A DNA stretch of 64,000 nucleotides from Chrysomallon squamiferum. Its lineage: Eukaryota; Animalia; Mollusca. Positions 56,201-64,000 of this stretch are shown in pieces (positions within the stretch are counted from its first letter, which is position 1; each line of letters starts with the position of its first letter). The DNA lies in NCBI GenBank assembly GCA_012295275.1, contig CM022670.1, positions 29,884,001-29,948,000 on the forward strand, in the 5' to 3' direction. A model generated the notes under the pieces. The model saw only the letters and a list, made by a program, of their open reading frames with translations. It made no database searches and was not told where the DNA came from. The position numbers and the translations under genes are program-made.

Positions 56201-59200
56201 CTTTTACTCTGAAAAGCATTATTATTAACTGATGACATGCCTAAATTAATTATTTAATTGTGACATAATTTCAGTGAAAGTGCCTGGATATTTCCGAATA
56301 GAAATTAGAAACCGGCCTACATCAAGTGTCATTGCTAAATGGGATGCTTTAGAAGATGTGGATGACACTTACACAGTGTACTGGTGCCAGGGATCTGCAT
56401 TCACTCTGAACTACTGCAAGGTTGAATTTTTCTGTCCATTGATAATTTGATTTGTTTTGTTAATTATTAACAGTAGTATTTAGATTTAAGGTGTTTATTA
56501 TTATAATTTTTTTTATATATTTCCTTTGAAACATTTTCACAGAGATTTGTATATATGTATTCCTTTTTTTTTGTTTTCTGAAAGCACACAAACACCACTA
56601 TTCTTCTAGTATTGGACATTTATGTGACATATCTATTACTCTGATAGAATACATCAATAAAAATATTTTTTGTTTCAGAATGCTGTTGAATGGTTAACAG
56701 TAAGGAAAAAGAACTCCGTCTTACTGCCTGTTAATGTTGATGATGTTGACAATTACATGTTCGCAATTTCTCGTGATACATCAACAGGTTCAAGTGGTTT
56801 GACAAGGAGTGAGTGTGTCTACAAACACGACACAAGTAAGTTCAAAAATGTTTTTCTTTCTTCTATGTTTTATTTATAGTTTGTTACAACAACAAGTTTA
56901 TCATACTATTGTATGTGCATATTGTCCATGGGATGGTGCATATAAAGATCACTTGTTTCTCAAATCCAAAATATATCAGAAGTTGCATGTAAAATATTCC
57001 TTAATCAATAAATACATTCCTTTAGCAAGTGATTTCCTCTCATTTCATTAAACCTCTAAAATAATGTTAATCTATGAATCACTCATTATCATTTTATCTG
57101 CATGAATTTAATATTTTTATTATGAAAGAAGAAAAAAGATTTCTCTTACTTCAGTTGTCATCATTAAACTATTTTATTAATCAAAACTAATTATTTTATT
57201 TGTTTGTTCATTTATCCTTTGTTTATTAATTTATTTTAAAATAACAGATCTAAAATCAGTTAATGTTTTCTACAGGGCCTGATGCTCCTGGAAACATAGA
57301 GATAGCAGAGAGCAGTTCTGACTTAACATTGAATGTTTTATGGAACAACAGAAGGTGTGACATGGATAAAAAGTCACTGTTATCTAAATACATAATACAC
57401 TACAGTCATGTTGGCAACTCAGGTAAACTGCATTTACAGTTTAATGTTTGTTTTTTTTATTTTTTTTATTTGTAGTCTGTGGGTGGTAAAACAAATTGTT
57501 TAATGACACTGGAGAAATAAAAATTAGTTGGGTTAAATGTTGTTAAGAATATTGTAAATGTTTAAGTATTTTAAAAATATAAAACCTTACAAAAACAATT
57601 CATAATAGTAAAAGTTTGAAAATGTTCTGACATAAAAAAGTACTACGTGTTTTCTATTGTTATGATGTTAATATGTTGGGTTGCTTAATATAAGAGTGTC
57701 AGATATCAGCGTCATCCTGAATAACTTGTCATGTCTGTTTAGTTTGTAAGAAGTTATATTTTATAATTAGACTAAGTCTAAAGTATCATCACATCATCTA
57801 TTTTTTCAGGGTCCAATAAATCAGTAAAAGTCAACAGCTCTGCAAACAGTTACCAACTGACTGGTCTGGAACAAGGAAACTACAGTGTTGTGATGCAAGC
57901 TGAGTCAGAAAGTGGAATTCTCAGTCCTTTCAGCAGACCTGTGTTTGGAGTTGTTGTAGATAACAGTACGTATTCTACCTTGAGTCTGAAGATTTCTTTT
58001 TTTTTTTAAATAATAAAATACTTCTTACTCTTAGAATAATGCAGTGTTGCTACAGTGAAATTTCTCAAAACCAAAACCCCACCAAATTTGAATTCCCCAA
58101 AACCTTAATAATTTCTCCAGTCCAGTTACTTATCATGTACTAAAATGTGATATCTCATTAGAAGAAAGACCCTTCCAAACTGATCTTGTTCCCCACAAGA
58201 AAAACTATTCAGAACTTTAGTTCAATAATTTTTAAGTCAAATGATATCAAACACAAAATAATGTTTTTGAAGAGAAAAATCATGCTTATAATCTCAGTTA
58301 ATATTCAGGGATAGTATCATTCATCTGTGTCTTAAAGTATACTTTTGGTGAAGTGAAAAAATTAGTCTAAATATATTCTCCATATTAGTAAGTTTTGTTT
58401 GTTTTGCTGTCCAATCTTAATAAAGAAGTACATTAACAAAGAGTATATTAAAAAGTATCTGAATGCTGCTAGTTTTCTACCATTGTGATATCATCATTTA
58501 CAGTGTGAACGAGTTTCTTTAAATTTTCATCTACAGCTGTCATGTTTTCAGTGACTTCACAAACCCAGTTTTGATAAAATGTCAGCATTTAAAGTTTTCT
58601 GAATTTATTACTTTGTCATGCTTTGTTATTAACTAAGATAAGTCACTCAAAACAATAAAATGATAACTTGGAAGTATTAAGAATTTTGTTCAGACCATTT
58701 ATATATATATATATAATTTTAATATTTTTGTTATAATACTTTCAGGCCTGACTAATGGAGAGATATTTGGCATTGTATTTGGTTCTCTGTTTGCACTGAT
58801 TTTTGTTGGAGCTCTCATATTTTTTCTGTGCCGGTAATCAGAATTATCTTAATTTTTACACAACTGTTTCTGATGTATTTTAGTAACATAACATTATACT
58901 GTTGTTAATTTGAAATCTGTTGATATGTGGTATATCTAGACACTCCTGTGAACGATTTGGTAGACATGATTGAAACTGGTGTATTTCTTAAGTTTGGTAC
59001 TGACAGCAAAGATGGAAATGGATGCATACCAATGGCTGATAGTTATTTGCACAGTCATCATGCATCTCTGAAAGGTTACATAGTTTTTCATGTTAGTTGC
59101 ACCAATTATCATGAAACCAAGTGAACAGTTGTTTATATTCTGATTAAATTTATTGAAATGTCCAACACTGTTAATAGTATTTAGAATTGCTTATAAAACT

Positions 59201-62007
59201 TGATAATGTTAATAATTAGTTAATATTAATGAGACACGATTTTCCATAATATAATTTTTAAAGAATTTGTTTGATTCTTAATTTTTGTTTGATAAAGTAG
59301 TATCTGTTTGTTCACACATTGATCTCTTTTATTCCTCATCTATTTCATTATTTTTATTATTTCATTACATTTTATTTTTCAGAAATTGTAAAATATTTAA
59401 AAAAGATAAAATTGAACTGCCATCTCATACAAAGGTGAGTCACAAAAAAATAATAAAATATAAATTAATGTAATTGATTTTGATGGCTTTATTTTATTTA
59501 ACAGGCTAAACTAGTTAGTCAGTGTGAAACTACTGTTGTGTAAAAGTAGACTGAGCATTACAGCATTTTTGTGGTTATTAAAATGTTAAAGATAGTTTGT
59601 TTTGTATACTTTAATGATCTGTAGGACTCTTTGTAATGCTGAAAAAATCATTTTTGTTTAATATAAAGCATTTTATCATTAAGTTTTTGAAAATTTTATC
59701 ATTAATAAAGAAATATAAACTAAAACTTACATGCTTATAATTCTAATATTAAGTGTATCATTTCATTTATTTTTATTTATTATTTAAATTGTATTTCAGA
59801 CACTGTTTGATGAACACTATGAAAAGGTTAGTGTAATTTTAAAAGATGACTACGTCTGTGAGCAGAGGTGTATAATTTATATTTTATTTATTTTTTTATT
59901 AATCGTATCTCAGATTTGAAACAATTAAAATTAGTTTTTCTACCAATTTCCTGTCTGAAATTACTTAAAGAGCTTTGGTATGGTATGAACAGAATTAAAT
60001 TTTTTGTCTAGCAACAAAATGAAGTAACAAAATGTCATAACCATTCTCATGATATGTTTTTGTTGAATCATCATTTGAGATCTTGCAGTTTTTGTGTTGA
60101 GCACATGCTATAAACTTTATATTTACTTGAAAAAATTATACATACATTTCTTTTTTGTTTCTACATGTTACTAAATAAATTGACTGTTTAAGTTAACTAT
60201 TTTTGATTAGAAGTTATATAATAACTTTCTGAAACAATATAATTTTAAAATCTTGTGTTATTTTAGATTGATGAAACTAAAGAAACTCTGACGTTTCCTG
60301 AAGAAATAGTCTCAAAAGAGAAGGTAAGATTTTTATTTTTATTTTACATTTACTGATATGTTTTAGTGAAGTTAAACAAAGTGTTGCAGCTATGTGTATT
60401 CCATTGTTATTAATGTGTGTGTGTGTGTGTGGTAACAGATTATATCAGTAAATGACCACAAGAAAAAAAAAAGAAAACATTGTAAATTCTAGAAAAGATG
60501 AATTGATTTATGCATAGATTTAGGTTTATCTGGCACATTTATGTGCAGTTTAACTATTACATTTATTTAGTTTTCTTTACATCTTTATATACATTTTTCC
60601 TACTATATTCATTTACAGTCTTCCTAATACATTTATTTACATTTTCTAAGGATGGTCCTACTACATTTATTTACAGTTTTCCTCCTACATTTATTTACAG
60701 TTTTTCTTTCACCTTTATTTACAGTTTTCCTACTATATTTATTTACAATTTCCCTACTACGTTTATTTACAGTTTTCTTACTACATTTATTCAGTTTTCC
60801 TTGCACCTTTATTTACAGTTTTCCTAGTCCATAAGCCTTAATTTAAAATTTACCTGCTAAATTTAAAACTGCTTATTTAAAAATATTGTTTCTTTTACAG
60901 ATCTCTGTTGACACAGGGAAAACAATGAACAGACATAGAAGTGCAATCAGTACAGACAGTGGACGTGGGAGCTCAGAAGAGAGCAAAAATAATGGTACAC
61001 CAAGTCCTATGTCCTCCACCTCCAACCACTTTGAAACTGTAAAAGAAGAAGATGGCTTTGAGAAAATAACAGACAATGAACCAGCTGATAGCAGCAGACC
61101 TCCAGATTATTCTAAATTTGCCAAAGCTTATGAACCATTTCAGTTAGAACAGAGAAATGGAACTGTTGAGGTATGTTTAGGTAACATTCAGCCAGGAATC
61201 TTCCGCTCTGCTGAATCGGAGAAAAATGCCAAAATAAATTTAATTCCTCCAACAGATCAACCAGTTTCAGGACAGACCATATCATCCTATGTAACAGTGG
61301 GAACAAGTGGCATAGATTGCAATCAAAACATGGATGGTTTTGTACCAGTCATAAATAATGATGGTTATGTAGAAAATGCACAACCTGAAACAGACAGAGA
61401 AATCAGTACTACCTCTTCAATAAAATCAAGACACAGAGTCCAGGATTATGATGTATCATCATCTCATCTCAGAGTACCATCAGTGGGTTATATTGAAGAA
61501 AATGCTCAGATATCAGCCAGGTTTGGTGAATCTCTAAATTGCCAATCCAGTACTGTGAACTGTGACATAAGTCCTGATTATGTTGGGATCTGTAATGTCA
61601 TGACTGCTCAAGGCTATGTAGATCTGCCATTTACCGTTCATGAAAGCCAGAATCTTCAGTCAGGAAAGACAGAATCATTCAGTGAATCTCTTACTTCTGA
61701 ATTTCATAATGGTCCTGAAGTTTCAAATGATAATGTCATTTCTGCTCAAGGCTATGTGGATATGCCACCTAATGGAGTCTGTGCTCCATCTGGTGTTGAA
61801 AACCAGGTGCTGTTTGGTGGCAGATTTACTAAGAATCCGGAAGACACTGTTTTACTCAGTAGTCAGAGTGGAAAATCATCTTGTATTGAAGATGCTCAGT
61901 TATCAACTGATGATGAAGTTGAACCACCATGTGCTCAGTCATGTGAATCTTCTTCCTTTCATAATTCTGTCTTTTCCAATATTAGCAATTCTGATCCGAA
62001 ATGCTAA
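47267..62007 (+). CDS. dome: Class I cytokine receptor, gp130/Domeless-like: signal peptide, Ig-like domain, cytokine-binding module, FN3 repeats, TM, long Tyr-motif tail (~1064 aa)
   Basis: Exons: 47267-47369, 47573-47848, 48519-48657, 50681-50835, 51241-51374, 53342-53483, 55030-55115, 55470-55692, 56275-56420, 56679-56835, 57276-57422, 57810-57965, 58746-58833 (TM IFGIVFGSLFALIFVGALIFFLC), 59383-59434, 59800-59826, 60267-60323, 60901-62007, all in phase. Motifs: CVVNNWDTMQCDW, VKPAP, GGFWSDA (degenerate WSxWS), NGILTGY, YTVYWC, Box1-like KIELP. The symbol denotes the family. Confidence 0.88.
48724..50319. mobile_element. Sola2-like non-autonomous transposon with long inverted arms, in a receptor intron
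   Basis: TSD TATG on both sides; termini GGGTCATTCCGTATCAAATCAC ... GATTTGACACAGAATGACCC. The arms ~48724-49151 and ~49986-50319 are inverted copies. A (GTA)-rich low-complexity interior spans ~49398-49747. Confidence 0.85.
51455..52422 (+). mobile_element. 5'-truncated, degenerate L2/CR1-group LINE (C-terminal part of ORF2 plus 3' UTR)
   Basis: Peptide fragments MKLNADKTKVMIF, VRNLGV..DS, IRQYL...TKTLVNGLVMSQLYYCN, SPVL.ELRWLPVHCRIKYKL with in-frame stops. The AT-rich 3' UTR ends near GCTATATAAATAA. Confidence 0.88.
60575..60825. repeat. 24-bp minisatellite in the last receptor intron
   Basis: About 10 copies of CCTACTACATTTATTTACAGTTTT and variants. Confidence 0.9.
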
Positions 62008-64000
62008 TTCCATTGATTCTCCATATGTTCAGAATACTGATCTACCTTATGTACAGAAAGCTGAATCTATTGATCCACCGTATGTTCAGATTACTTAAAT
62101 CACTGTCTGAATTGACTATTTTTCTGACTTCTGTCCTATCTAGTATTCAGAATAATGATTCTTTAAAATAATAAAACTGTTTAAATTGCTTTTGTGTATG
62201 AGATCACAGTTATCACTGGTTGTTTCACTTATTTTTATCTGTTATATATCTTATATATATATAAACAGATAAAAATAAGTATATATATAAACTATTTTCT
62301 TTAAAACTACTTTTACAGACATTTAGTATTATGCTAAATATTTGAGTACTGTAGATTTTTTATATGATACAGTATATAAATAAGTTTTTATATGAATTCA
62401 GGAGGTACAGTTTGAAAATACAGTTTGAGATAAAATTTTGGAATAATTCCCATCAACTGTATATCTGACCTTATTTGTCCTATAATTTCTTTCATTTTTA
62501 CCCACTTATCAGCAACTCTAACTGCAGAATGGCTAGATCTGTCAGGGATGAGATTGCAGACCACCTCCTTGTTGAAGACTGGTAACTGCAGGTCAGTTAA
62601 TTTTAGACAGAGGTGGACATCTACAAGTATTTATAAAAAAAATAAAGTGAATGTTTCACCTTTATAATCAGTGATGAAAATGGGGAGAGTGTCTGCAAGG
62701 GTGGGGGCAGTACTTACCTTCTTTTTAGTTTACAGTTTGTCCTGTTTCTGTGCTAGATGAGTCGCAGATTATAATTTAGCCTTTGTCATGTTCCTAACAG
62801 TTAACATTAAATTACTTATTTTCTGTAGTTACATTTACATATTTTACTCACCTTTCATAAATAACACATATATTAAGATAAAAAAATCAAAAACAAAATC
62901 TTTCTTTAATGAATTAATAACTTTTTATACATTGTTAGAAATTAGAAATTGTTATGACATGCCCAAATTAGGGTAGGTAAAATATAAGTCAGTACTTTTT
63001 TCTGTCAACTAACCTTAATGAAAAACTGATTTATAGACCAGGTTTTTTTTTTAAATGGAATTACTTACAGCATTTAACCCCCACCTTCCTTCTCATCCTT
63101 AGCATCATGGACTTAGTGTATCGCAAGTTCCTAAAACATTTCCATCACTTCATAATACTATCTTTCATTTTTATATTTCATTTGTTGATAAACATATTTA
63201 CTTGTTTGTGTTGAACAAGGATTTATATCATTTTATCTTTTTAACTGAAAATTACAAAATTTTGAATCATGTATTGTAAACCAGTTGTTCAGATTATTGT
63301 TTGTATAAATTATGGATGAAATTTGGAGGATATTTTTTTGTCTTCCATTAGTAAATGTTCTGTGCATATTTTTGAGATGATTTTAAAATGTTTATAACTA
63401 AAATGTTGCTGTTGCATAAATGTATATATAGCTTGAATTTATAAATTATAATTAAAATTGTTTTTGTGATGTAAAGTTGTTATTATATTTGTTTGTATAT
63501 AATGTATGTAGGTAATATTCATGTTAAATTTAAACTGAATAATGCTAAGAAAATATTTAAATACCTACAACTTGCATATTGTTAAATTTAACAGATCCAA
63601 GTTTTAAAATACACAATTCAAAAATATAATTTAATTATAAAAAAAAATTAAATATGGAATTAAATTTTTAAATTTTGTTTTTACATATTTTGAGCTAATT
63701 TGTCTTCCTAAGGCTGAAACTGAAGAATAGGTTCTGCTTTTTTTTTAAATTTGAAATGACAGTTCATAGAAGTATAATTTTATACTTACGCTGTTGTATG
63801 GATCTGCAACTTGGAAATTTTGTTGTTGCACATTAGGTTATCTTTATAGAAAAGAGTGTCTGTAGCACTGGATGTATGATAGAGATTTCTATATTATATA
63901 TATTGTGGATTCTGCATTTCAGAATCATTTTCTTGTACATGAACTTTATTTTTAATTTTTTTTTTTTTAAATCTCCTTTTCTTATTTCAAATTATGAATG

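Noticed and set aside
60510-60834. Repetitive ORFs (TTFIYSF repeats) or a CRISPR-like array
   Set aside because: It is a 24-bp head-to-tail minisatellite with no unique spacers, inside a eukaryotic intron.
61640-61986. 152-aa overlapping +1 ORF as an independent protein
   Set aside because: Only its last ~32 codons look protein-like (PYVQ repeats); the rest is the shadow frame of the receptor exon.

Overview
AT-rich, intron-rich animal genomic DNA. A mollusc, probably a gastropod, is inferred from gene and repeat style but not proven. Six protein-coding loci were reconstructed by hand from GT-AG junctions and reading-frame phase: (1) the 3' end of AIMP1 (+); (2) complete RanGAP1 (-, 17 exons, ~565 aa); (3) a head-to-head SDS22-type LRR/LRRcap/coiled-coil gene (+, ~409 aa); (4) a secreted EMI + 4xFAS1 TGFBI/periostin-like gene (-, ~772 aa); (5) an unrecognised 157-aa single-coding-exon gene (+); (6) a gp130/Domeless-type class I cytokine receptor (+, ~1064 aa). 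Also present are two Tigger/pogo deletion derivatives, a Tc1/mariner MITE, two Sola2-like elements, an L2/CR1 LINE fragment, SINE-like remnants and tandem repeats. Most notable observations: a candidate alternative terminal exon that would give a short RanGAP1 ending in a nuclear export signal instead of the SUMO/NPC-targeting domain; a frameshifted PYVQ-repeat tail just past the receptor stop codon; a prolactin-receptor-identical DSGRGS degron in that receptor; and the orphan gene with RFX/Forkhead-like promoter motifs. No database searches were run, so family calls rest on remembered motifs.
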